64,000 nt of DNA, from assembly GCA_028282105.1 (NCBI GenBank), contig JANQIO010000236.1:14571-78570 (forward strand), read 5' to 3'. Source of the stretch: Halieaceae bacterium. GTDB lineage: Bacteria > Pseudomonadota > Gammaproteobacteria > Pseudomonadales > Halieaceae. This document shows positions 36,536-45,709 of the stretch, piece by piece. Both the position numbers and the translations under genes were made by a program. The notes beneath the pieces are model-generated. The model had not been told where the DNA came from and ran no database searches. It was given only the letters and a program-made list of their open reading frames with translations. The stretch's first letter is position 1. The number at the start of each line of letters is the position of its first letter.

Positions 36536-38563
36536 ATGAATAATGCTCTGATTGGGCTGCGCGACTGGATCGACACCCGCCTGCCTATCATGCGTGCGTG
36601 GAATACGCACATGGGCGAGTACTACGCGCCCAAGAACTTCAACTTCTTCTACTACTTCGGCGTGTTCTCGCTGGTGGTGCTGGTCAACCAGCTGCTGACC
36701 GGCATCTGGCTGACCATGAACTACACGCCCAGCGCCGAAGATGCCTTTGCCTCCGTCGAGTACATCATGCGCGACGTGGATTACGGCTGGATTCTGCGCT
36801 ACATGCACTCCACCGGCGCTTCCGCCTTCTTCGTGGTGGTGTATCTGCATATGTTCCGTGCGCTGCTGTACGGGTCCTACAAGAAGCCACGGGAACTCAT
36901 CTGGCTGTTTGGCATGCTGATCTTCGTGGTGCTGATGGCCGAGGCTTTCGTCGGCTACGTACTGCCCTGGGGCCAGATGTCCTACTGGGGTGCCCAGGTG
37001 ATCATCTCCCTGTTCGGGGCCATCCCGGTGGTCGGCGAAGACATCGTGACCTGGATTCGCGGTGATTACCTGATCTCCGGCATTACCCTGAACCGCTTCT
37101 TCGCCCTGCACGTGGTGGCGCTGCCGATCGTGCTGCTGGCCCTGGTGGTACTGCACATACTGGCGCTGCACGAAGTCGGCTCCAACAACCCGGACGGTGT
37201 CGACATCAAGAAGCACAAGGATGAGAACGGTATTCCGCTCGACGGCATCAAGTTCCACCCCTACTACTCGGTGCACGACCTGCAGGCTATCGGCGTGTTC
37301 CTGTTCGTGTTCTGTGCGGTGATGTTCTTCGCCCCGGAAATGGGCGGCTACTTCCTCGAGTACGCGAACTTCGAAGAGGCCAACAACCTCAAGACCCCTG
37401 AGCACATTGCGCCGGTGTGGTACTTCACGCCTTTCTACTCGGTGCTGCGCGCCGTACCTGACAAGTTCTGGGGCTTTGTGGCTTTCGCGGCCTCGGTGGC
37501 TATTCCCTTCCTGCTGCCCTGGCTGGACCGCAGCCCGGTGAAGTCCTGGCGCTACCGCGGCAACATCACCAAGGCGATGCTGCTGCTGTTCACGGTGTCC
37601 TTCCTGATCCTGGGCGTGCTGGGTGTATGGTCGCCGACGCCTGGCCGGACGCTGCTGGCGCAGATCTGCTCCATCATCTACTTCGCCTTCTTCCTGCTGA
37701 TGCCGGTCTGGACCAGCGTCGAGAAGACCAAGCCGGTGCCGGAGCGGGTGACCATGAACGGCGGCATCGGGGTCTGGGGTTCCCTGGGCGTGCTGGTGCT
37801 GATTGCGCTGCTGACGGTGCTGCCGCTGAAAGCGGTGGCGGCCGGTGGCCCCGGCATCGAGCTGGACCACATGGAGCCCAATCTGTCAGACAAGTCCTCA
37901 CTGCAACACGGCGCGGGCCTGTACCAGAGCTACTGCTCCGGCTGCCACTCGCTGCAGTATTCACGTTACGTGCGGGTCGCCAGCGACCTCGACATCCCGG
38001 TGGATATTGCCGAGCAGTATCTGGTGCTGGATCGCAGCCACAAGGTGGGCGACCTGATGGACAACGCTATGCCGGACGCGCTCGGCAAGCAGTGGTTCGG
38101 CGTGGTGCCGCCCGACCTGACACTGATTGCCCGCTCCAAGTCCCCGGACTACCTGTACACCTACCTGCGAACCTTTTACGAGGATGCGTCGCGGCCCCTG
38201 GGTGTCAATAACAAGGCCTTCCCCAACGTCGGTATGCCCCACGCGCTGATTGAGCTGCAGGGTTTGCAATCCTGCGCGGCCGGGCCGGTGCAGGCGGACA
38301 ATGGCGGCGTCAAGCGTGACCCGCTGACCAACCAGGACATCCTGGATGACCCCTGTGGCAACTTCACCCTGGTGCAGGAAGGCGCCATGAACCCCGAGGA
38401 ATTTGACGAAGCCGTCTACGATCTGGTCAACTTCCTTGCTTACGTCGGTGAACCGGCAGCGGTGCAACGCCAGCGCATTGGCGTCTATGTGCTGCTGTTT
38501 ATCGGCATTTTCTTCGTGTTCGCCTGGCTGCTGAACCGCGAATACTGGAAAGACGTCCACTAG
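36536..38563 (+). CDS. petB/petC: Cytochrome b and cytochrome c1 encoded in one uninterrupted 675-codon ORF
   Basis: Residues 1-406 are cytochrome b (C-terminus ...LLMPVWTSVEKTKPVPERVT). Residue 407 (ATG at 37754) starts a c1-type signal peptide MNGGIGVWGSLGVLVLIALL, followed by the heme motif CSGCH. There is no in-frame stop between them. Confidence 0.85.
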   Translation: MNNALIGLRDWIDTRLPIMRAWNTHMGEYYAPKNFNFFYYFGVFSLVVLVNQLLTGIWLTMNYTPSAEDAFASVEYIMRDVDYGWILRYMHSTGASAFFVVVYLHMFRALLYGSYKKPRELIWLFGMLIFVVLMAEAFVGYVLPWGQMSYWGAQVIISLFGAIPVVGEDIVTWIRGDYLISGITLNRFFALHVVALPIVLLALVVLHILALHEVGSNNPDGVDIKKHKDENGIPLDGIKFHPYYSVHDLQAIGVFLFVFCAVMFFAPEMGGYFLEYANFEEANNLKTPEHIAPVWYFTPFYSVLRAVPDKFWGFVAFAASVAIPFLLPWLDRSPVKSWRYRGNITKAMLLLFTVSFLILGVLGVWSPTPGRTLLAQICSIIYFAFFLLMPVWTSVEKTKPVPERVTMNGGIGVWGSLGVLVLIALLTVLPLKAVAAGGPGIELDHMEPNLSDKSSLQHGAGLYQSYCSGCHSLQYSRYVRVASDLDIPVDIAEQYLVLDRSHKVGDLMDNAMPDALGKQWFGVVPPDLTLIARSKSPDYLYTYLRTFYEDASRPLGVNNKAFPNVGMPHALIELQGLQSCAAGPVQADNGGVKRDPLTNQDILDDPCGNFTLVQEGAMNPEEFDEAVYDLVNFLAYVGEPAAVQRQRIGVYVLLFIGIFFVFAWLLNREYWKDVH

Positions 38564-38632
38564 GCGGCGTCACTGGGGTGGCCACCGGGCGCACCCCCTC
38601 ATCACTAAGAAACTGATTCCTGGGGGAGTACC

Positions 38633-39265
38633 ATGGGTGTTGTCGCCAAACGGTCTTCAATGACCTTTTTCTCGGATAGCGAGAGCCACTATAGCCACCG
38701 CGTTCGCATCGTTCTTGCCGAGAAGGGCGTGACCGTCGACGTGGTTGAAGTCGACGCTGGTCATCCCCCGGAGGAGTTAGCGGAGCTCAATCCCTACAAC
38801 TCCCTGCCCACCCTTGTCGACCGCGACCTGGTGCTGTTCGAGTCCAAGGTGATGATGGAATACCTCGACGAGCGCTTCCCGCACCCGCCGCTGTTGCCGG
38901 TGTATCCGGTGGCCCGTGCCGAGAGCCGCCTGTACATACACCGCATCGAGAAAGACTGGTGTTCCCTGGTCGACCAGATCCAGAACACCCGCTCTGATAA
39001 CGTGGTGGAAAAGTGCACCAAGGAACTGCGCGAGGGTCTGCTGGCCGTGGCGCCTATCTTCGGTGAGAAGCCTTTCTTTATGAGCGATGAATTTACCCTG
39101 GTGGACTGCTGCCTGGCGCCGGTACTGTGGCGCCTGCCCACCCTGGGTATCGAGTTCCGCGCGACCAAGCAGAGCAAGCCGCTGTTGGCCTACATGGAGC
39201 GTGTATTTAATCGTGACGCCTTCCAGTCCAGCCTATCCGAGCAGGAGCGGGAGATGCGCCTCTAG
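38633..39265 (+). CDS. sspA: Stringent starvation protein A
   Basis: 210 aa. [59 protein letters not shown] closely matches my recollection of E. coli SspA. Confidence 0.93.
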   Translation: MGVVAKRSSMTFFSDSESHYSHRVRIVLAEKGVTVDVVEVDAGHPPEELAELNPYNSLPTLVDRDLVLFESKVMMEYLDERFPHPPLLPVYPVARAESRLYIHRIEKDWCSLVDQIQNTRSDNVVEKCTKELREGLLAVAPIFGEKPFFMSDEFTLVDCCLAPVLWRLPTLGIEFRATKQSKPLLAYMERVFNRDAFQSSLSEQEREMRL

Positions 39266-39292
39266 GCGAGGCGCAGGGCGGAATCCACGGCC

Positions 39293-39727
39293 ATGACCAT
39301 GAGTTCCAGCCGACCGTACGTGATGCGGGCGCTGTACGAGTGGATTCTCGACAATGAGTGCACGCCCTATGTACTCGTTAATGCCGAAGAAGCCGGGGTA
39401 GATGTGCCCCGCCAATACGTCAAGGACGGCCAGATCGTTCTCAATATCTCCCCTAACGCTGTTGTCGACCTGGTCATCGACAACGACGCCCTGCGCTTCA
39501 ATGGCCGCTTTGGCGGCGTACCTATCGATGTGTTTGTGCCGATGAGTTCGGTGGTGGGCATTTACGCCCGCGAAAACGGCCAGGGCATGGTATTCGATCG
39601 AGACGACACGCCCTGGCCTGAGCCGCCGGACGGCCCCCCTCGGGGCAATGGTGGCAATGGTGGCAATGGCGGCGGACCCGGTAAAGGCAATGGCGACAAG
39701 CGGCCCAGCCTGAAAGTCGTTAAGTAG
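39293..39727 (+). CDS. sspB: ClpXP adaptor SspB
   Basis: 144 aa. RPYVMRALYEWILDNECTPYVLV, a Gly/Asn-rich linker, and the C-terminal ClpX-binding-like tail PSLKVVK. Confidence 0.9.
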   Translation: MTMSSSRPYVMRALYEWILDNECTPYVLVNAEEAGVDVPRQYVKDGQIVLNISPNAVVDLVIDNDALRFNGRFGGVPIDVFVPMSSVVGIYARENGQGMVFDRDDTPWPEPPDGPPRGNGGNGGNGGGPGKGNGDKRPSLKVVK

Positions 39728-39758
39728 TTCCCGCGGGCGGCCCGAGTGGTGCGCCGGG

Positions 39759-40325
39759 TCAGTCGATCCACTCGAAAATCTGCACCACCTTTTCCACCCC
39801 GCCGGTGGAGCGCGCTACTTCGACGATGCGCTCGGCTTCCGCCTGGGATACCAGGCCCATCAGGTAAACCACGCCGTCCTCAGTCACCACGGTCACGCGA
39901 TTGCCCTGGATTTCCTCAGAGGCCAGCAGGGAGGATTTCACCTTGGTGGTGAGCCAGGTATCACTGGAGCGGGTGAGGGCAGACGTGTTGCCGGATACCA
40001 CTAACTCATTGTAGATGCGGCGCACGCCGCGAATATCGCGAATCCCGTCCGAGGTCTTCGCTTTCATCGACTCGTCGGGTACCTGCCCGGTAATCAGTAC
40101 GTAGCCGTTGAAGCTGGTCACGCTGATATTGGCTTCCTTGAACTGCTCGCCCAGTTCCTTGATATGCCGTTGACTCTTGGTCTCTATCGACTCGTCCTCG
40201 ACCCGTGCACCCTTGGTGCGTTTCCCGGGATCCTCCTCGACCGGGCCGATCGCCGCGAAGAAACTGCCGCAGCCGCTAAGGGCCAGGCTGAAGAGCAGTG
40301 CCAGGGAAGCTAAGGAGTACTTCAT
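39759..40325 (-). CDS. dolP: BON-domain outer-membrane lipoprotein DolP/YraP
   Basis: ORF track extends to 40487; trimmed to the ATG at 40325 (MKYSLASLALLFSLALSGC, with lipobox). Two BON-like repeats. Conserved position after diaA. Confidence 0.82.
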   Translation of the reverse strand: MKYSLASLALLFSLALSGCGSFFAAIGPVEEDPGKRTKGARVEDESIETKSQRHIKELGEQFKEANISVTSFNGYVLITGQVPDESMKAKTSDGIRDIRGVRRIYNELVVSGNTSALTRSSDTWLTTKVKSSLLASEEIQGNRVTVVTEDGVVYLMGLVSQAEAERIVEVARSTGGVEKVVQIFEWID

Positions 40326-40927
40326 TCGCTGTCTGTACCAAAATAGTTGCCGAACAGGGATTGGTCTATCAGTTTGCAGAGACAGTGAACAATCATTGTC
40401 TGCATTTCTATGATCCGCGGACCGCGGGAAGAGTTCACATGAATTTCGATGTCTTCCGGCAGCATCAGGCTGGACACGTCGGTGCAATCGCCGCCGCTTA
40501 ACAGCACCACCAGCATCTCGCGCTCATGGGCGGCGCGAATGGCCTGTATCAGGCTGCCATTGTTGTCGCTGGCTGCCACCGCCAGCAGTACATCACCGGC
40601 CTGACCGATGGCTCGCACCTGGCGGGAGTAGACGTCGTTGTTGCTGGCGGCGCTTAACGCTGTCAGGGTGGCGCCGTCGCCGCTCAGGCTGAGGGCGGGC
40701 AGCGCCGGCCGTTCCTGCTCGTAGCGGTGCACCAGGCCAATACTGAACAGCTGCGCCACGGCGGCGCCGGCGCCGTTGCCGCAGCAGAGGATTTTGTGCT
40801 CGCCCAGCAGCGCCTGGTTGATCACCTCAACGGCGCGCTCCAGCGGGTCGACCAGTTCGTCGACAGAGATCGATACCAGTTCGAGAACCTGCTGGAAGTC
40901 CTCTGCGATCACCTCGTATGTGCTCAT
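40322..40927 (-). CDS. diaA: SIS-domain protein DiaA/GmhA-like
   Basis: 201 aa. Blocks KILCCGNGAGAAVAQ and LLAVAASDNNGS are SIS motifs. ATGA overlap with dolP. Confidence 0.8.
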   Translation of the reverse strand: MSTYEVIAEDFQQVLELVSISVDELVDPLERAVEVINQALLGEHKILCCGNGAGAAVAQLFSIGLVHRYEQERPALPALSLSGDGATLTALSAASNNDVYSRQVRAIGQAGDVLLAVAASDNNGSLIQAIRAAHEREMLVVLLSGGDCTDVSSLMLPEDIEIHVNSSRGPRIIEMQTMIVHCLCKLIDQSLFGNYFGTDSE

Positions 40928-40933
40928 GCTTTG

Positions 40934-41290
40934 CTAACTGCCAATGGCATTTTTGATCCATTGTATCTCATGTTCCCCGGCGCGCTGCCCGGCGTCGATT
41001 GCGACCACGTCGATGCGGCAGGGTGTCTGATCCGACAGGCGGTGTGTTTGCAGGTAATGCTGCGCGGCGGCCAGCAGTTTCCGCTGCTTGGCAGGCGTGA
41101 CGGAGGCGGCTGCGCAGGCATAACCCCGTGGGCTTCGATAGCGCACTTCCACAAACACCAGGGTGTTGCCGTCGCGGCACACCAGGTCGATTTCACCCAG
41201 CTTGCACCGGTAGTTGCGCGCGATCAGTGTCAAACCGGCCCGGCGCAGCAGGCGGGCGGCCCGGTCCTCAAAGCGTTTGCCTGTTAGCAT
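40934..41290 (-). CDS. yraN: YraN-family (UPF0102) endonuclease-like protein
   Basis: 118 aa. ARNYRCKLGEIDLVCRDGNTLVFVEVRYR. Confidence 0.85.
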   Translation of the reverse strand: MLTGKRFEDRAARLLRRAGLTLIARNYRCKLGEIDLVCRDGNTLVFVEVRYRSPRGYACAAASVTPAKQRKLLAAAQHYLQTHRLSDQTPCRIDVVAIDAGQRAGEHEIQWIKNAIGS

Positions 41291-41325
41291 GCGACCTCCC
41301 TGTCACATGGTGTGGTAGCCGTCGC

Positions 41326-43206
41326 TTACCGCGCCTGTGGAATGCCTCCCTCGAACTGCGCAGACACCAGTTCCCGGTGTACGCGGCCGTTGGCATCCAT
41401 GTTGAGCAAGCCGCTGTTGCCGCGCACACGCGCCGCAGGCGAGCTGCGCAGCTGGCCCAGACGCCAGTTCAGCATGAATGCATCCGCGCCCAGTGCGTGC
41501 AGGCTCGCCCATAGCTCTTCGCTGCCGGCGGCGGCCAGCGCCTGTTGCATGTTGCCCTCGCTTGCCAGCAGCCAGGGAATCTCCAGCAGGCGGATGCCGT
41601 TCAGATCACGGTCTCTCTGCGGGTCGACCCGGCCGCTGAAGATGGCAGAGTTTGAATACACCGGCAGGTCGCCGGCGTAGTGGAAGGCAATGAGGGGCTT
41701 GATGGAGCGGGCGTCCTGGGGTGATTGGCTGAGCAGGAAGACCACGTCCACGTCCTGGCGCCGGCGCGGTGTAAACTCGGTGGGTTCTCCCAGCAGCCGG
41801 CGCAACCGTGTCGCGCGGCCCTCGCTCGCGCTGAGGTTCAAGGCCTCCTTCAAACTGCTGGAATAGTCGGCCTGGCCGCTGAACGTGGCAATCGCCCGCA
41901 GTTCGCCCTCGCGGGCGGTCCAGGCCTGCCCGAGGGTGTCGCTCATGCGGTCGCCCCAGTCGCCGGCGGGGCGAATCAGCAGCGCCGTACGGGCGCCGCT
42001 GTCGTAGCCCAGCCGCGCCAGCTGGCGAGCCTCGTCGGTGGCGGCCAGGTCCAGTTGCACTGGAACTGCCAGCGTCTGGGGCTCGCCCGTCTCCGCGTCT
42101 ACCGGCGGTTCTGCAAAGCTGTCGGCATGGGGGTGCCAGGCCAGGGTCATCACTGGAATCTGCGCTTCCTCGCCAGGCAGCCAACCCAGCAGCTCTTCCG
42201 GCGTCAGCGGGCCTATCACCAGCTCCGCCCCGGCTCGCACAGCCACCTGGTAAGCCGTGCTGAAATCCGGTTGCGCAGCGGTGTCCATCACCATCAGTTC
42301 CTGTTCCGGCCAGCCGCGCTGGCGCGCCTCGAACTGGGCCGCCAGGTAGCCCTGCAGCAGGGCGCGGGCGCGCTCGCTGGCGCCGCCGCCCAGGGGCAGT
42401 AGCAGGGCAACCCGCTGCGGGGGGGTGCCGTCTGACAGTGCCTGCAGGCCGCCGGGTAGCTGCTCGGCAGCGCGGTGCTCTGCGTAGCGCTCACGCCACA
42501 ACGCCAGCTGCGCCAGCTGCACGTCGGGGCTTTCCATGACGTCTGCTGCCAACAGCGCCAGTTCCAGCCAGCCGCGCCAGTGCTGGCTGACCGGCTGCTG
42601 CAGCTCCGCCTCCAGGGTCGTCAGCGCGCTGCGCTGCAGGTTATGCCAGATGAACTCTACCAGGGCGGTATTCCGCGCCGGGTTTTCGCTGCTGAGCAGC
42701 AGACGGTCCGCCAGCCGCGCGGCTGCCAGCGAGCCTTCTTCGGTCAGCACCAGGCGCAGCTGCCAACGATCCAGGGGCTCGCGCAACTCGGGGTCTACCG
42801 TGCCCAGTAAGGGAATGGCCTGGCGCAGGCCGGCCAGCGCGCTAGCAGTATCGCCCTGCAGGTAAAGCAGTTCTGTATCCATCGCCAGCACGCGCACCCG
42901 CTCGTTGGTGGTCAGCTTGCTGTCGTCCAGGTCCCTCAGTATGCTGGCCGCGGGAAGCAGCTGGCGCCTCGCCAATAGCTGTTCAGCTTCCTGCAAACGG
43001 GCCGTGAATGCCGTTTCCTCGCCGCTGTCCGGCGGCAGTGTGACGATCTCGTCCGCCGGGCGTTCAGCCGTGGCCTGTTGGGCGGGCTCGGAGGCGCAGC
43101 CTGACAGCAGTGCGGCGACAGCGAGCACTGCAGCCAATGCCAGTGTAGCCAGTGGTAGGGTAGTGGCCGCAGGGGGCGGTGCGGGCTGTCTGGAGCTCGG
43201 TTCCAT
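41326..43206 (-). CDS. lpoA: Penicillin-binding protein activator LpoA
   Basis: 626 aa. Lipobox LLSGC, a TPR-like N-terminal half and a periplasmic-binding-protein-like C-terminal half. Conserved position divergent from rsmI. Confidence 0.8.
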   Translation of the reverse strand: MEPSSRQPAPPPAATTLPLATLALAAVLAVAALLSGCASEPAQQATAERPADEIVTLPPDSGEETAFTARLQEAEQLLARRQLLPAASILRDLDDSKLTTNERVRVLAMDTELLYLQGDTASALAGLRQAIPLLGTVDPELREPLDRWQLRLVLTEEGSLAAARLADRLLLSSENPARNTALVEFIWHNLQRSALTTLEAELQQPVSQHWRGWLELALLAADVMESPDVQLAQLALWRERYAEHRAAEQLPGGLQALSDGTPPQRVALLLPLGGGASERARALLQGYLAAQFEARQRGWPEQELMVMDTAAQPDFSTAYQVAVRAGAELVIGPLTPEELLGWLPGEEAQIPVMTLAWHPHADSFAEPPVDAETGEPQTLAVPVQLDLAATDEARQLARLGYDSGARTALLIRPAGDWGDRMSDTLGQAWTAREGELRAIATFSGQADYSSSLKEALNLSASEGRATRLRRLLGEPTEFTPRRRQDVDVVFLLSQSPQDARSIKPLIAFHYAGDLPVYSNSAIFSGRVDPQRDRDLNGIRLLEIPWLLASEGNMQQALAAAGSEELWASLHALGADAFMLNWRLGQLRSSPAARVRGNSGLLNMDANGRVHRELVSAQFEGGIPQAR

Positions 43207-43314
43207 GAATTCTGTGTTTGCGGGTTTCGTCTAGGATGGCTTCCAGCGCTGGCCGAGACAACTGTCTTTAACGGCAATTAATAACAACGGTAGTTTTTTC
43301 AGCACGGAGACGGG

Positions 43315-44142
43315 ATGGACAGTGGACTTTACGTGGTCGCCACGCCCATCGGCAACCTGGGGGATATGGTGCCCCGGGCGGTGGAGGTGCTGCAGGCGGC
43401 GGACCTGGTGGCGGCCGAGGACACCCGCCACAGCGCGCCCCTGCTCAAGCACTTCGGCATCGACACGCCGATGCTGGCCTATCACGATCATAGCGATCAA
43501 CGCGCCCTGTCGCGGATTGAGCAGTGTATCGAGTCCGGAGGCAGTGTGGCCCTGATCTCCGATGCAGGCACGCCGCTGATTTCCGACCCGGGTTATCGGC
43601 TGGTGCGGCACGCTCACGAACAGGGCTGGGCGGTGGTGCCGGTGCCGGGCGCCAGCGCCGCCATCGCAGCACTGTCAGTGGCCGGCTTGCCGACTGACCG
43701 CTTCCTGTTCGAGGGCTTTTTGCCAGCCAGGGCCGCCGGGCGCCAGGCGCGGCTGGAAGAACTGGCAACGGAAACGGCCACCCTGGTGTTCTATGAGGCA
43801 CCGCACCGGGTGCTGGACACACTGGGCGATATGCGCGACCTGCTCGGCGAACAGCGGGTAGCAGTGCTGGCCCGGGAGTTGACCAAGACCTTTGAAACCC
43901 TGCTACGAGCACCGTTGGCCGAACTGGTGGCGCGGGTCGAAGCGGATAGCAACCAGTCCAGGGGTGAGATTGTGCTGCTGGTGGAGGGGGCCGAGACGCG
44001 CTCGGGTGATATCACCCCGGAGATCGCGCGCATGCTGGAACTGCTGTCTGAGACCTTGCCGCCGCGCCAGGCCGCCGGGCTGGTGGCGGACGCCTTTGGC
44101 CTGCGCAAGAAGCTGCTGTACGAGCACCTGATTTCCCGCTAA
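43315..44142 (+). CDS. rsmI: 16S rRNA (cytidine1402-2'-O)-methyltransferase
   Basis: 275 aa. LYVVATPIGNLGDM, AAEDTRHS, SDAGTPLISDPG. Confidence 0.92.
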   Translation: MDSGLYVVATPIGNLGDMVPRAVEVLQAADLVAAEDTRHSAPLLKHFGIDTPMLAYHDHSDQRALSRIEQCIESGGSVALISDAGTPLISDPGYRLVRHAHEQGWAVVPVPGASAAIAALSVAGLPTDRFLFEGFLPARAAGRQARLEELATETATLVFYEAPHRVLDTLGDMRDLLGEQRVAVLARELTKTFETLLRAPLAELVARVEADSNQSRGEIVLLVEGAETRSGDITPEIARMLELLSETLPPRQAAGLVADAFGLRKKLLYEHLISR

Positions 44143-44153
44143 CCTTGCGCGCG

Positions 44154-44495
44154 GAGTTGGTCAGGCGATCGCTGTGCGCAAGCATGGAGGAAAGTCCGGG
44201 CTCCACAGGGCAGGGTGCCAGGTAACACCTGGGGGGCGTGAGCCCACGGAAAGTGCAACAGAAAGGAAACCGCCACAGCGACCCCGGTTGCTGTGGTAAG
44301 GGTGAAAAGGTGCGGTAAGAGCGCACCGCGCGGCTGGCAACAGGCGTGGCGATGGTAAACCCCACTCGGAGCAAGACCAAATAGGAATCCATAGCTGCGG
44401 CCCGCAGTGGATTCGGGTAGGTCGCTACAGGCAGGCGGCGACGCCTGTCGCAGATGAATGATCGTCCACGACAGAACCCGGCTTACGACGAACTC
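44154..44495 (+). ncRNA. rnpB: RNase P RNA (bacterial type A)
   Basis: Contains the universally conserved ggaggaaagtccgggctccacagggcagggtgccaggtaac, gtaagggtgaaaaggtgcggtaagagcgcaccg and acagaacccggcttac. P1 pairs gagttggtc with gacgaactc. Followed by a T-run. Ends are approximate to within 5 nt. Confidence 0.93.
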
Positions 44496-44510
44496 TTTTT
44501 TATAAGACCG

Positions 44511-44609
44511 CTGTAGTCCTTCGCCTCTAAGCTGAGGTGGAGGCGCTACTTCGCTGTTTTCCTTCTTTTTCTGTAGTCCTTCGCCTCTAAGTTGGGGCGG
44601 GGGCGCTAC
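44511..44609. repeat. Two direct copies of a 39-bp hairpin-capable element, 60-bp period
   Basis: 44511-44549 is ctgtagtccttcgcctctaagctgaggtggaggcgctac. 44571-44609 is ctgtagtccttcgcctctaagttggggcgggggcgctac. The first 21 nt are identical, and gtag/ctac plus cgcctc/gaggcg can pair. Confidence 0.85.
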
Positions 44610-44705
44610 GCCGCCTATCTACTTGAGTTTGCATATACCAACTCTTCGCAACGCGAGGGGTGCTGCGTAGGGCGGGCGCGAGCAGTGTACCCACCCTCCA
44701 CGGGC

Positions 44706-45007
44706 ACGCTACAAGCATGACATCCCTGTCTCGCTCGGGAACGCGGATCGCCGCCCGGGCCATCCATGGCCGTTCACGGTCCGTGGAGTCGGTCTAGTCA
44801 GCTCACACCCTCTGTCAGTCAGAACTTCAAACGAGCGGCGATCGAAGCTCGGATAGGTGTGCCGCTTAGATAGAGCGCGCGTGGTGCCTGGGGGCTTTCC
44901 GGGACTAGCCGTCCGCGACCGTATGCGGCCAGGGACGGCCGCATCCGAGCGAGACAGGGATGTCATGCTTGTAGCGTGTCCCGGAAAGCCCCCAGGCGCC
45001 GCGCGTG
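44706..45007. repeat. Nested inverted repeats (two diverged inverted copies of a 75-95 bp element plus a second short inverted repeat); REP/MITE-like
   Basis: Perfect 33-bp inverted repeat: acgctacaagcatgacatccctgtctcgctcgg at 44706-44738, with its reverse complement at 44945-44977. Weaker similarity continues inward to ctagtc. A second inverted repeat is ggtgcctgggggctttccgggac (44883-44905) against gtcccggaaagcccccaggcgcc (44977-44999), with 1 mismatch. Confidence 0.9.
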
Positions 45008-45048
45008 CGTGTTCGAAGCGATCCCGCAGTTGGCCGCGGGGGAAAGCA

Positions 45049-45312
45049 TCAGTCTTGCTTGAGGGGGTGGTCCGCGGGGAGTTGGCGGGAGATCCACAGG
45101 GCGAGTTTGTGCTTCATCTCGGGGACTTTTTCCTGGCCTTTGGCCAGCGGCTGGATGAGCTTGTCGTGAACCAGCAGCCGGTACAGGTAGGTGACTTTGT
45201 CGTGGGCGGAATCGGTGGCTTCGAAGGCGCCGACGCCGCGCTTGCGGGCATAGAGTTCGCCGATGCGCAGCGCCTCGCTGACCAGTTCTGCCTCGTGTTT
45301 CAGCTTCGCCAT
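45049..45312 (-). CDS. Hypothetical small protein
   Basis: ORF track extends to 45420; trimmed to the ATG at 45312 (MAKLKHEAELVSEALRIGELY). 87 aa, no family recognised, coding status uncertain. Confidence 0.4.
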   Translation of the reverse strand: MAKLKHEAELVSEALRIGELYARKRGVGAFEATDSAHDKVTYLYRLLVHDKLIQPLAKGQEKVPEMKHKLALWISRQLPADHPLKQD

Positions 45313-45594
45313 AGTGCTCCAGTACTCGGGTTTTCGCCTTCCTCCAAGATAGACCAGTGTTGCAGCAGGGGGGTGGTTTTCCCTGCCACCGCGATTTTTA
45401 GATGTTTTTGTAATAACCACGATGTCTTTTAAGAAGAAATTAGTTTTCTACTTAAAGTAAAGTGTCAGAAGTGCGACTTATGAGGCTGTTTTGGTGACTT
45501 TTTTGGTCCCAGAAAGTGCCTCACAATCTCGCCTGAATTCCCATTTTTTTGACGTAATTCACTGAAATCCCAAGGTTTTTTGGCTGGGCCTGTA

Positions 45595-45624
45595 TTGACA
45601 GTGTCGCGCGGGCGTACCTATAGT
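45595..45624 (+). promoter_or_regulatory. Candidate dcw-cluster promoter (Pmra-like)
   Basis: Consensus TTGACA (45595-45600), an 18-bp spacer, then TATAGT (45619-45624), about 85 nt upstream of mraZ. Confidence 0.6.
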
Positions 45625-45632
45625 GTCGAAAA

Positions 45633-45667
45633 GTGGGAATAAGTGGGTATTTTTGGTTTTCGGTGGT
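45633..45667 (+). promoter_or_regulatory. Candidate MraZ operator: four (G/T)TGG(G/T) boxes at exact 10-bp spacing
   Basis: GTGGG at 45633, GTGGG at 45643, TTGGT at 45653 and GTGGT at 45663, immediately downstream of the -10 element. E. coli MraZ is known to bind direct TGGGN repeats with 10-bp periodicity in this position. Confidence 0.55.
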
Positions 45668-45709
45668 TATCAGGGGTAACCGGACACCATTCAGTGGGGA
45701 TCAGTGGCG

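Noticed and set aside
37740-37760. The petB-petC junction as a pseudogene or frameshift
   Set aside because: Both halves are intact and carry all their signature motifs. The cytochrome b C-terminus reads naturally in the given frame. It is therefore reported as a fusion to be verified, not as a pseudogene.
39644-39670. Three tandem 9-bp units (ggcaatggt) encoding GNGGNGGNG in sspB
   Set aside because: They lie in the flexible linker between the SspB substrate-binding domain and the C-terminal ClpX-binding tail, where low-complexity expansion is ordinary. They are in-frame and not disruptive.
44012-44392. 126-aa minus-strand ORF
   Set aside because: It lies across the RNase P RNA gene. The conserved rnpB sequence blocks explain the region.
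44709-45432. ORFs 44709..44966 (-) and 44857..45432 (+)
   Set aside because: They are built from the inverted repeat elements. The same peptide-like strings appear in both because the DNA is repeated in inverted orientation. The plus-strand ORF also runs antisense through the small ORF at 45049..45312.
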